The notes under the pieces: model-generated
The model's input: only the letters and a program-made list of their open reading frames with translations
Told to the model about the DNA's origin: nothing
Databases searched by the model: none
DNA from: Octopus sinensis
Lineage: Eukaryota
DNA: 64,000 nucleotides
Direction of reading: 5' to 3'
Assembly (NCBI RefSeq): GCF_006345805.1
Contig: NC_043008.1
Coordinates: 74,028,001-74,092,000, forward strand
Made by a program: the position numbers and the translations under genes
Shown here: positions 1 to 11,449 of the stretch, one piece after another
How the letters are laid out: every line of letters begins with the position of its first letter
How positions within the stretch are numbered: position 1 is the stretch's first letter

Positions 1-584
1 TATTAAAATAAAATCATAAATGCTAATTAGGATTATTGTTTAAGGGCAAATCAGATTAGTGAACTGCTTGCGTTGCTTCAATGTATTACAAATAATCGAT
101 GGAGAAAGCAGTAAAATCTCGGAGCATACTTCAAACATGACGCTGTTATTGAAATATAAACATATATAACACTGATGAAAACCATAACAAAGTGAAATAA
201 ATATAAATTATAACTTAAATTTATGAAATATTTGTTCAATAAATATTTATTGAATATATAAGTTCTCTTAAGACATAATGTCGAAAAATAATAGGACCGT
301 TTATCAAAGCAAAACTATTCACTAAATTCCTGTTCACCTTTAACCAATTACTTAATCTAATACTGTAGTGAGTCACTTTGAATCTTTATATAACCCTGTG
401 TGTCAGTGTATCAGAATGTGGTATACTGCAGTGTAGTATGCCTATAAACAAGATACTTACATTTGTCATATCTTAAGTGTTGTATGGAACAGAAAGCTAT
501 ATATGTGTGTGTGTGTATGAATGTATGTATGTATATTTATGCATGCATATGTATGTATATGTATGCATGTATTTATATCGTGAA

Positions 585-880
585 GGCATGACCCAGTGGT
601 TAGAGCATCGAGCTTATTGTGAGGTTGTGAGTTCAATTATCGGACAGGGCTGTGTGTTTCGTCCCTGAGCAAGGCACTTTACTTCATGTCACTCCAGTCC
701 ACTCATCTGTAAAAATGAGTTGTGACATCGCTTTTGCCAAGCTGTATCTACCTTTCACTCGGTTAACATCGGTGGCCTGAAGACGGAAGGCTAGTATGCA
801 TGGGTGACTACTGTTCTTCTATTAACAACATGGACTGGACTTCTGTATCGGCGGCTAAATTTCTAAGTGCAATCCCGAGG
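585..880 (+). mobile_element. tRNA-derived SINE (Octopus-like family 1), diverged
   Basis: A-box-like TGACCCAGTGG and B-box-like GAGTTCAATT in a tRNA-like head, followed by a body I recognise from memory as a cephalopod SINE. A fragment of the same family lies on the minus strand at about 39125-39255. Confidence 0.75.
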
Positions 881-890
881 TGAGGTCCTT

Positions 891-894
<4 letters not shown>

Positions 895-968
<74 letters not shown>

Positions 969-979
969 ATATATATATA

Positions 980-1014
<35 letters not shown>
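895..1014. repeat. (TA)n microsatellite
   Basis: Direct reading; it abuts the inverted PLE pseudo-LTR at 1016. Confidence 0.97.
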
Positions 1015-1045
1015 CGCGAGAAAGAAGCAACAAGAATGGATAGGT

Positions 1046-1136
1046 TTTTAGTACGATCGTTTCATACAAGGACAGGTTTTATTAAAAGTTGCAAAGATTA
1101 CACCATATAAACGAGTCCCGTACTCATCAGCTAAAA
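1046..1136 (-). ncRNA. Type I hammerhead ribozyme, canonical core, long stem II
   Basis: Minus strand: TTTTAG-CTGATGA-GTACGGGAC...GTCCTTGTAT-GAAA-CGATCG-TA-CTAAAA. Stem I 6 bp, palindromic stem III ACGATCGT, GUA cleavage triplet. Confidence 0.85.
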
Positions 1137-1290
1137 TACATGTAAGTTCTCTAGACATCCTAGTGTTTGAGGCTATACTCATGAAGTAACGTAGATAATT
1201 AAACAGATTTCTAAAGTTCATTAAAGTTCTTTAAAGATGATGGACAGTCTTATCACAGAATTTTAAAACAGAATATATATACATATATGC

Positions 1291-1441
1291 GATGGGCTGC
1301 TTTTAGTTTCCGTCTACCAAATCCACTCACAAGGCTTTGTTCGGCCCGAGGCTACAGCAGAAGACACTTGCCCAAGGTGGCACGCATTGAAACTGAACCC
1401 AGAACCATGTAGTTTGTAAGTAAGCTACTAACCACGCAGCC
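1291..1441 (-). mobile_element. tRNA-derived SINE head fragment (family 2)
   Basis: Reverse complement of GGCTGCGTGGTTAGTAGCTTACTTACAAACTACATGGTTCTGGGTTCAGT..., matching the full copy at 3884-4280. Confidence 0.85.
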
Positions 1442-1460
1442 ATATATATGTATGTACATA

Positions 1461-1504
<44 letters not shown>

Positions 1505-1591
1505 TATTCGAGACAAAACCACTATTTTGCAAAACAAACAAGGAAAGACTTAATCAATACATAAAATTTTAATAAATAGTCAAAAAAACCG

Positions 1592-1634
1592 CCACTACAA
1601 TCGTTTCTTGTCTTGATCGACAATCTTCAGGTGG
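1592..1634 (-). ncRNA. Minimal type I hammerhead ribozyme
   Basis: Minus strand: CCAC-CTGAAGA-TTGTC(GATCAA)GACAA-GAAA-CGATTG-TA-GTGG. Stem I 4 bp, stem II 5 bp, GUA triplet. Confidence 0.85.
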
Positions 1635-2251
1635 ACTTCCAATCTAAAAATCAATATTTTAAAATATAAAAATAATAATTTTAAAATAATTAAAGTATGA
1701 ATGAAAAAATATAAGTATATAATCCATATATAACCTATCTATAATCCATATATAATCAATATATAAACAATATATAAACTAAAAAAACCTATCAACAATT
1801 AAATATAAAATATAAAATATAAAATATAAAATATAAAATATAAAACAAAACAAAAAAATAATAATAATATAATAATAAACTATATATACACCCATACGCA
1901 TATACCTAATTATATATAACCATATCTAACTACATACACTAAATCACACACCTATATATATATCCCTATACATACACATAAAAATGTCTAGGCAACTATA
2001 AATAAATAAAATAGCTAAATACTTCAACACAATACTTATTCATACTCCCACACACACACACATACAACCCACATTCACGCTCTAGAAAACGGACATCACT
2101 CAAAACTATGAACGGAGAAATAGAATAAATGGAATTAAAAATTATATTCACTTGGTAAAACGAACACTACTTAAAAATTATGAATGAAACAATGCAATAA
2201 AACAACAGACATCGCAAATAGACACAAATTACTACAAATTCCTTATCAAAC

Positions 2252-2730
2252 CTACCATGATAACCAAAACTCATAAAAACATATAATGATAAAATCTCCC
2301 TTTACTAAACTCTATAACAAACCTATATAGCAATCCCCCTAACCTAAACATTCACACACAAATACACACACGTAAACCACACCCCACGACATATACAAAT
2401 ACCCACACCACTTACACATACCAATACATACATATAAACCTCAACATATACTCCAAAAACCCACTCAACCCCACACAGACAAATAAACACAAAAATTATG
2501 AATGGATTCTTTTATAAAACTACCATGATAAGCTAAAACTCACAAAACAGAAATGATAAAACCTCCCTTACTAAACACTAAAACATACTTATATAGCAAT
2601 TCCTTTAACCTATACATTCACACACAAAACCACTCGTAAACCACACACCCATAACAAATACAAACTCCCACCCCACTCACACACACCCACAAGTACATAT
2701 AATCCTCAACATATACACCAAACAAAATTA
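2252..2730. repeat. Diverged tandem duplication, period about 268 bp, in an A/C-rich, G-poor stretch
   Basis: ctaccatgataa..aaaactca..aaaac recurs at 2252 and 2520, with colinear downstream similarity. Confidence 0.8.
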
Positions 2731-3126
2731 CTTTACCAAGGAACTTAACATATATATAAAAAGTATAACCGCTCTGGAAACGAACACCATTGGAAATTGT
2801 GCATCTATACAAAGGATTAATTCACCCTCTCTGTAATGCTAATAAGCAGGAATTGAGACCCACCTCGTTGTGATTAACAATGGATAAATTTGTCTTCTGT
2901 GAGTATGTAATCCCTCATAATATCTCTGGAAATTCATATGTGCACTATGGATTAGGTCACCTTCTCTGTGATGCTATTAGAACTTTTTTAAAATTCTGTG
3001 ATAAGACTGTACATCATCTTTAAAGAACTTTAATGAACTTTGGAAATCTGTTTATGTTACTTAATTATCTACATTACTTCATGAGTATAGCCTCAACCAC
3101 TAGGATGTCTAGAGAACTCACATGTA

Positions 3127-3216
3127 TTTTAGCTGATGAGTACGGGACACGTTTATATGCTGTAATTTTTGCAACTTTTAATAAAGCCTGTCCTTGTATG
3201 AACGATTGTACTAAAA
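3127..3216 (+). ncRNA. Hammerhead ribozyme, probably inactivated copy
   Basis: TTTTAG-CTGATGA-...-GAA-CGATTG-TA-CTAAAA; one A of GAAA is missing relative to the inverted twin at 1046-1136. Confidence 0.7.
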
Positions 3217-3359
3217 ACCTATCCATTCTTGTTGCTTCTTTCTCGCTTATAATCACCCCACATTACTGTATTGTTAAAACAGTATAGTTTTTTTTGGTGC
3301 ATCTAAGTTAGGTACCATATTCAAGTAAATTCATTTAAATTAACTTGAATCTTTATTGC

Positions 3360-3383
3360 TTTTTATATATATTATATATATAT

Positions 3384-3446
<63 letters not shown>

Positions 3447-3447
3447 A

Positions 3448-3539
<92 letters not shown>

Positions 3540-3564
3540 TTGTATATATACATATATATAATAT

Positions 3565-3641
<77 letters not shown>
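3360..3641. repeat. (TA)n microsatellite, interrupted
   Basis: Direct reading. Confidence 0.97.
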
Positions 3642-3643
<2 letters not shown>

Positions 3644-3674
3644 TGGTACGCGATGACGTCTATCTCTCTATTTT

Positions 3675-3756
3675 TTCCCCTGACGAAGGAGTTATTATCG
3701 TGATGTACCCTAGTGCTTTAAACACAATAATATACCCCTGAAATGGCCATAGGGAA
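3675..3756 (+). ncRNA. Type I hammerhead ribozyme with extended stem II
   Basis: TTCCC-CTGACGA-aggagttattatcgtg...cacaataatatacccct-GAAA-TGGCCA-TA-GGGAA. Stem I 5 bp, stem II about 16 bp with 3 defects, stem III palindrome ATGGCCAT, AUA triplet. Confidence 0.8.
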
Positions 3757-3883
3757 TGTAAATATGGTTTCCTCTTTTTTAACTATAAGGCCTCTCTTAT
3801 TTGAAAAGTAATTTTATAAGATTTTCTAAACGATGAACTTTTATTTTATTTTACATTATATATTATATATTTTTTATATGCTG

Positions 3884-4280
3884 TGGCTGTGTGGTAAGTA
3901 GCTTGCTAACCAACCACATGGTTCCGGGTTCAGTCCTACTGCGTGACATCTTGGGCAAGTGTCTTCTGCTATAGCCCCGGGCCGACCAATGCCTTGTGAG
4001 TGGATTTGGTAGACGGAAACTTAAAGAAGCCTGCCGTATATATGTATATATATATATGTGTATGTATGTGTTTGTGTGTCTGTGTTTGTCCCCATAGCAT
4101 TGCTTGACAACCGATGCTGGTGTGTTTACGTCTCCGTCACTTAGCGGTTCTGCAAAAGAGACCGATAGAATAAGTACTGGGCTTACAAAGAATAAGTCCC
4201 GGGGTCGATTTGCTCGACTAAAGGCGGTGCTCCAGCATGGCCGCAGTCCAATGACTGAAACAAGTAAAAGAGTAAAAGAG
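3884..4280 (+). mobile_element. Full-length tRNA-derived SINE (family 2)
   Basis: A box TGGCTGTGTGG, B box GGTTCAGTCC, internal (TA/TG)n tract, tail AAGTAAAAGAGTAAAAGAG. Multiple homologous copies in the window. Confidence 0.9.
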
Positions 4281-4684
4281 TATATATATATATTTGTACA
4301 TATTTTTATATACCTATATATTTATATATTACTTAATGCTATATTTTCACGTATTTACTTTATAGGTGTTGTAATGGGTTTTTTTTAAAAATATATTTTT
4401 CTTGATTGCTAAAGTATTAGCTTTTAACCGTGATGAACTGTATTCACACGTTTTTTCTCGCAATTTCTTATATGCTTGTACAGATGAGTTACGTTCCATC
4501 TTCCGCGATGTTTAAATGTATATTCTATGATTAAATGTTCGAGTTATGAAATGAAATGCGGATGACATTGCATTTGTTTGTTCTATAACCTTAGTTTGAT
4601 ATATTTGTCTCATTCAATTGAGCACTTCTATATCAGTCCTATTAAACATTTTGTTCCTGATAAGAAACAATCACTGTATTATTG

Positions 4685-4735
<51 letters not shown>

Positions 4736-4766
4736 GCATATATATATATATACATATATATATATA

Positions 4767-4826
<60 letters not shown>

Positions 4827-4887
4827 GTGTGTGTGTGTACATATATGTATGTATATGTGTATATATATACACATATACATACATACC

Positions 4888-4941
<54 letters not shown>

Positions 4942-4986
4942 CATACATATATATCTGTGTGTGTACATATATGTATGTATATGTAT

Positions 4987-5052
<66 letters not shown>
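4685..5052. repeat. Compound (TA)n/(TACA)n microsatellite
   Basis: Direct reading; explains the YI-repeat ORFs. Confidence 0.95.
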
Positions 5053-5056
<4 letters not shown>

Positions 5057-5637
5057 TAGGTAAATTGGTTGTATGATAAGCAATATATATATGTACCTCC
5101 TTGCATCCCCCACAACACAGTCATTTACACCGGATGGCATCACACACGGAACACAGTGCATGTACAAATTTATTTATACACATACAAACACACTCCAATA
5201 CGCACACTTATACACACACAGACACAGAGGCTCATATAACCTTATGTTCACCCACACATACATATACAAGCCCTCGCACCCCTACCCCACCCCACACATA
5301 TATATTCATACATCATTCTACATACACACATTTGTTTGCACGCCCCTGTACAACCGGGTTACAGTTATCCGCCCTTTCACTGCCTCTTCCTTACGGTCGT
5401 ATCAACAGGTGGAACGCATTGATCCCAACAATACGTTTTCTCTTTCTACCGCAATCTCTCTCCTGTGTCTGTCTGTCTCTCTCCCTCTCCCCTCAATCTT
5501 TCTTCCTAACTTTTTCTCTTGAAGAGTGTAAGTGCGAAGAATTTCGTAGTTTTTCCCGACCGTCATCTAATATACGTGCTTTAGTTCCCTCGCCTATCTG
5601 TGTTATTTTGTTTGTTTTCTGTACGTTTGAACCGTAC

Positions 5638-5721
<84 letters not shown>

Positions 5722-5833
5722 AAAAAGTGAAAAAACTACAGAAGGCTTGTTTTAAAAGGTTAAAAAATAAATATTTGTGTCATTATGTCAGAAGAATGTT
5801 ATAAATTTTTTTCATACAATGACATAGTATTTG

Positions 5834-5873
5834 AAGAAATTACCGGTTTCGCGTTCAGCTTTTCAAATTTCTT
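5834..5873 (-). ncRNA. Minimal hammerhead ribozyme with U3-A8 variant core
   Basis: Minus strand: AAGAAAT-TTGAAAA-GC(TGAAC)GC-GAAA-CCGG-TA-ATTTCTT. Perfect 7-bp stem I, palindrome ACCGGT, GUA triplet. Confidence 0.75.
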
Positions 5874-6171
5874 ACATCGTTATGATTTCGTTAAGAAGTG
5901 TAAAGGAGAGTTCCAGGTAAGGGGAGGTAATAAGTGATTTCTTCCGGTGTAAAGGAGATAATCGCTTAATATTTCTTGCGTTTTTGTGGGGGTGAGTTTC
6001 TCTGTATAAGAATGTTGGAGTGGTTAAGTTTGGGCATATATTTTTCAATGAAGAATGTTTCCTTGTTTAGTCTAATTTGTGTTGGTATTCCAATAGCACA
6101 TTGGTAAAATGGAAAGATTAAAAATTGTGGTAGTAGTTGCTTTGCGCATTTCTCAATGTGCTCACTCTTTA

Positions 6172-7824
6172 AATGCAAACCTAGCCTCTTCTATGGTCTG
6201 CCAAAAATTCATAAAAGCCAAATTATAAATGAAACCATTAAAAATCACCAAAGACATACATGCACACACCTAACCCGGGGGACCTAAAACTACGACCCAT
6301 TGTAGTTGTTCCAATCTGTGAAACACACAGATTAAGTCTATTTATGGACATCCTCCTGAAACCCTTCCTTAAACATATCGATAGCCATATCAGAGATGAC
6401 TTAGATATGTTAAACCACCTTCCAAAAAAAGCCAAGCAAGAAACAATCATGGTTTCATTTGACGTAGTTAACTTATATACCAGTATACCTCATAATTATG
6501 GACTAGAGGCAATACAGTTCTGGCTGGACCAATTTCCGGAATAAATACCAAAAAGGATCAGTAAAGTATTCATTACTAAATCAATTGAATTCATCCTACA
6601 TAATAACCACTTCATGCTTGACAATACATTTTACCGTCAAAAATCCGGAATTGCTATGGGTACAAGTGCAGCACCAGTCATTGCGAACCTAACAATGGGC
6701 TACCTGGAAATAATTATTTACCAGGAATCTTTATCAATCTTTGGAAACCCCATCTCTCAATACATAAAAGAGAATTGGTAACGACTCCTGGACGATTGTT
6801 TTATACTCTGGAATGAAAACACAGATAAACACCTAAAATTCAAAAACCTATTGAACAGCATAAACCCAAATATACAGTTCACAATGGAATACAACCAAAA
6901 GGAGCTCCCGTTCTTGGATATACTAATTAAAAAAATAACCTTAAAATAGAAACAGACATTTTTTACAAAGCCACAGACGCCAAACAATACCTACTTTTTG
7001 ATTCATGCCATCCAAGACACACTAAAACAAACATCCCTTTCAACCTTGCAAGAAGGATATGCACAATAGTGTCAGAACAAAATACCAGGAACGTTAGACT
7101 AAAAGAACTCAAAAACACCCTAATTGACAGACATTACCCAGCTCAACTCATAGAGGATGGGATCAGACGTGCAACAGAAATCGACATAGAAACTTTGAGA
7201 AAAGTTCAACACAACAACACACCTTCCCCGAAAATACTACCTTACATATCTACATACAACCCCAGAATTTACCAATACTTCATAAGGATCCCAAATTAAA
7301 GGAAATTCTAAACATACACCAAATCATTAAAAGCTACAAACAACCTAAATCACTTAAAAAGATTCTCACAAAGGCAAAATTGTTTTCTGAAATTACGGAT
7401 GCAAAAGTAAAAAAAATGTGGTAGACCGAACTGTGCAACATGTCCAAACCTGCTAGAAGGATCAGAATTCCTCTTCAAAGAGGGACAAAAATTCAAGATC
7501 AAATCTAATTTTACTTGTGCCTCTGAAAACATAATTTATGTCATAAGATGCTCGGGCTGCCACCAAAACTACGTGGGGTCCACGGGACTATCACTCAGAC
7601 GTAGATGCACACTGCATCGACAACATATTGCATTCCCAGAATACAGAATGATACCCTTTAGTGAGCACATTGAGAAATGCGCAAAGCAACTACTACCACA
7701 ATTTTTAATCTTTCCATTTTACCAATGTGCTATTGGAATACCAACACAAATTAGACTAAACAAGGAAACATTCTTCATTGAAAAATATAAGCCCAAACTT
7801 AACCACTCCAACATTTTTATATAG
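6172..7824 (+). pseudogene. PLE reverse transcriptase plus GIY-YIG endonuclease, disrupted
   Basis: Motifs FYGLPKIHK, LRPIV, SFDVVNLYTSIP, GIAMGT..AP..ANL.MG, LDDCF, LPFLD, HPRHTKTNIP, CGRPNCATC linker and IYVIRC...YVG. TAA stops at 6542-6544 and 6778-6780, plus frameshifts. Confidence 0.93.
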
Positions 7825-7958
7825 AGAAACTCACCCCCCCCCCCAAAAAAAGGCAAGAAATATTAAGCGATTATCTCCCTTACACCGGAAGAAATCACTT
7901 ATTACCTCCCCTTACCTGGAACTCTCCTTTACACTTCTTAACGAAATCATAACGATGT

Positions 7959-7998
7959 AAGAAATTTGAAAAGCTGAACGCGAAACCGGTCATCTCTT
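7959..7998 (+). ncRNA. Minimal hammerhead ribozyme with U3-A8 variant core (3' pseudo-LTR copy)
   Basis: AAGAAAT-TTGAAAA-GC(TGAAC)GC-GAAA-CCGG-TC-ATCTCTT. GUC triplet, one mismatch in stem I. Confidence 0.72.
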
Positions 7999-8342
7999 CA
8001 AAAACTATGTCATTGTATGAAAAAAATTCATAACATTCTTCTGACATATATTTTTTAACCTTTTAAAACAAGCCTTCTGTAGTTTTTTCACTTTTTACTA
8101 TTTTCTATATATTCAACCACATGCTTTCACACACCAACTTTCTCACCTATATATATATATATATAACATTATAACAATAATTAAGGGTTTAGCAACAAGT
8201 TGCTTCACCACATACCGAAAATTTATAAATAGCAGCCGAAAGACCGCTATTTCTTTCGCTACAAAATATGACTCTAGCGATAGAACTATCTGTAACTTAC
8301 ACAGGAAAAAAAAAGGAAAATAATAAAATCAGTCTTCGATTA

Positions 8343-8399
8343 ATTATGGACGCGTTTCTGGATTAGAATTATAAAAATTCATTTCCTTTTCGACATAAT
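8343..8399 (-). ncRNA. Degenerate hammerhead-like motif
   Basis: Minus strand: ATTATG-TCGAAAA-gga...tcca-GAAA-CGCG-TC-CATAAT. 6-bp stem I and palindrome ACGCGT, but the core has C4 and there is an extra A before GAAA. Confidence 0.4.
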
Positions 8400-10456
8400 A
8401 TTTCGAGAATTATAAATATTTCTCTCCACCGATTGTTTATTCGAAACATCTGATAGAGTCGCTTCAAATTTAACAAATGCATTTCAATTTTGAACTGAGC
8501 CTCTACTCTTTAATTGCTGACACAACGGCATTGGTTTCTTCAGCCCTATTTCAATGTACTATTTCTGTCTTCAGTACATTTAAACTTTATCAGCACTGGG
8601 AAAGCAACGTCACCTTCAGGAGATTCCTTCCTCACCTGTCTAATGAAATAGAATTCAGATACATGGTAGAATTATTTCACTGTCTTACTTTTCTTGTCTG
8701 TATTCAAATATAGCCTACGACTGACTTATCTTTTCATAATTCTCTCCTAGATGAAGATAATATACATTTTTTAAAGATATTCATCACCAATATTCCAAGA
8801 CGAAGAAGTGCTTGCGGATATCAATTTGGTTTCATAAAATTGCGGCAACGGTTTGTCATTTAAAGTTTAACAATGAAGTATATGTGAACGAATTGCTAGT
8901 TATCTTAACTATTTTAGAAGATAATCAGCGATTATTCGCAAACATAAAGAAACAATGGAAATGAAATGAAATCATTATTACCAACAATTAAAAGTATATA
9001 GCGTTATTTTGAAATCACAACAGCGGCAGATGGTAGAATCAGCTATGCTTTGGACAAAATGTCTTTCTTTCATTACGTCCCTTTACGTCCTCTGTTTAGA
9101 TCTCGTATCCTTATTCTTCCTGGGTCGATAAAATATGTACCATATCAGTGCTGGAAGACTTTTAAACGATTGCACTATTCTTTCAAATATACGTCCATCT
9201 ATCTAAGTTGTTATTATAGTTAAACAAGTTACTGTAGTAGATTTTTTTTCTATTTTTCTATTTTGTTTTGTATGTAGAGATTGATTTCAACCAGCTGCAA
9301 TAGAAACTGAAATATTGTCTTGTCAATCACTCAACTATTTATTTAAAAGTTAGTATCAGACGCCAGAGTTAGTGAAATTATAGTTGTGTAATCTCTCTGA
9401 ACAAATATGTCTGATCATACCAATAAACAAACGACGAGATATGTAGGATATACTGGACGTCTAAGATCAACACATTAGCAAAGAAATATGTGATGAGTGG
9501 AGAAAAGATAATAGTGTTGGCTTTTGATGCATTGTTCGTCAAACCGACGAACCTTCTAACACACATATTAACTGCATTGTTGAAGTTAAAGAAAGGAATG
9601 ATAGGAAGCAGATAACAAGATTGTATCAATGTTTCCTTCTTTCAATAGCAAACCAAAAAAAAGGAGTATTTTTCAAATATTCTATTAATACATTTTAGAG
9701 CAGATTAAAAGTTTTACCAGTTGATTCAGTCAAGCAGGAATACCATTAGCTTACATAAATATGTGTCAGAAGTTTCCTTAGCATTAGTGGTCATAAAAAA
9801 GATAGGAATCTTAGCAGAAAGTAACATCCACGATGAAGCTGAAATCGTCAAATGTTGTGAGATAAGATCATGTTTTCACATAAACAAAAACAAAGACAGA
9901 AAAAATTCTCTTTGATCAAAGAAAGTCAAGAAAGGTTATTTTTTTTATTACTTTATTATTGATTTTCCCAGATTGTTTTCTTTTTTCCCATTTTTGATAA
10001 CTTCGTACATAAACAAGTTGTCTAATGGTAAATGGAAGCATTTAACCTTGCTGAATTATTTTCTATATAAAAAATGAAACGATGCTATAGAATAGTACAC
10101 GGAAGTGTCTTTCTCAGATACCATTCGTTGTACCTTAGGAACATCAAACTTTGAGAATCTATATCTTATGAAGTTCCCAGACTTGATACTAAATGGATTA
10201 CAGATGTTCCTAAGTTTACTAGCTGAATTTAGTGTTTTAAAATACAGAGATTACCGGTTCTCAGAAAGAAAAATGTTTCTTATTATCTGATCAATAGTTA
10301 ACTCGAATAGCTTTGCAGTTGTTTTACGGGCGACGAGATGTTCTCCAATGAAAATAGCGAGATGTAGGACATGGACATACGCGTGTACGTATGAAACTCA
10401 GGTCGAAAAGATAAAGTTAATAATATCAAGCTCCTCTTACTACTACTACTACTACT

Positions 10457-10492
<36 letters not shown>

Positions 10493-10816
10493 ATACTACT
10501 TTTTGTTACACAAGTCGGCCACGTGTGCCATCTTGTGGTATATGTTATATAGATGTGATAGTTAAAAGAAACTATATTACGTAGCTCGAAGATATCGTGT
10601 TATTGTCAATAGAATAACTGTCATTCACGATCTTTTAAAATTTTTGGAAAGGGAATTTACATAAATATATTTTCTTGAAAAAGCTTCACACTGAATACGG
10701 GGTAGATAAAACTTATAATGTATATACAAATATAGAAAGTCGATAGTGGTAGTATTTTGACGCTGATAAACATCTAAAAGAGATTAGCAAGTTAAAAAAC
10801 ACAGGACATCGTACGT

Positions 10817-11186
10817 GTGGATGTGTGGTAAGAAGCTTGCTTTCCATCCAAATGGTTCCGGGTTCAGTCCCACTTAGTGACACCTTCGGCAAGTGTCTTC
10901 TGCTATAGCTTGTGGCCAACTAGAGCCTTTTGAGTGGATTTGGTAGGCGGAAAGAAGCTCGTCATATGTTTGTACGTATGTGTTTGTCTGTGTTTATCTC
11001 CCACTACCACTTGACAACTGACATTGGTTTGTTTACGTCCCCGTAACTTAGTGATTCGGCAAATCACCGATAGAATCTAGGCTTACAAAGAATAAGTCCT
11101 GGGGCCGATTTGTTCGACTAAAGGCAGTGCCCCAGCATGCCTGCAGTTAAAATGACTGACACAAATAAACGAATAAAAGTATAAAA
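10817..11186 (+). mobile_element. tRNA-derived SINE (family 2), diverged
   Basis: Colinear with 3884-4280; B box GGTTCAGTCC retained. Confidence 0.88.
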
Positions 11187-11449
11187 GATACATTAGACAC
11201 ATTGTTTTGACCCGATTTAATCTCCCCAGTGACGAAAACCCGGATTTCCTGTGCCATGCCGAGAAGATGTAAATTGGTAAACATTTATTGAATGGTGAAA
11301 AAGCTTGCTAAGCTAGAATTAAATCAATATCCGACCAGCAGCCTTGGAATTAAATACCGGTGTATATAAAATTTATAACGTATAAAGGAATATAGAAGAG
11401 CAGAAGCAGTAACATTTTGTCTTGGAGAAATATCTGAAAGAGACTAGAA

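Larger units (their letters stand above)
1016..3350 (+). mobile_element. Truncated Penelope-like element with 5' inverted pseudo-LTR (1016-1268 inverted vs 2986-3246), interrupted by later insertions
   Basis: About 250-bp inverted repeat pair, each arm carrying a hammerhead motif. Residual GIY-YIG-tail-like peptide at about 2770-2860 (+): PLEIVHLYKGLIHPLCNANKQEL. Flanked by (TA)n on both sides. Confidence 0.65.
5716..8147 (+). mobile_element. Penelope-like retroelement (Neptune-like), 5'-truncated, with inverted pseudo-LTR 5716-6166 matching 7660-8104
   Basis: About 450-bp highly similar inverted repeat containing the endonuclease tail and 3' UTR. RT and GIY-YIG lie between the arms, and (TA)n/(GA)n flank both ends. 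Confidence 0.92.

Noticed and set aside
5515-5560. TTGAAGA-gtgtaagtgc-GAAG hammerhead-like string in a probable pseudo-LTR (about 5320-5640)
   Set aside because: U3 with G8 is not compensatory, GAAA is broken, and there is no stem I or III.
6542-6780. In-frame stops in the PLE RT as possible selenocysteine recoding
   Set aside because: The stops are TAA, not TGA, and are accompanied by frameshifts; ordinary decay.
8480-8580. CTGAAGA cores on the minus strand near 8540 and 8575
   Set aside because: No complementary stem I or II could be built.
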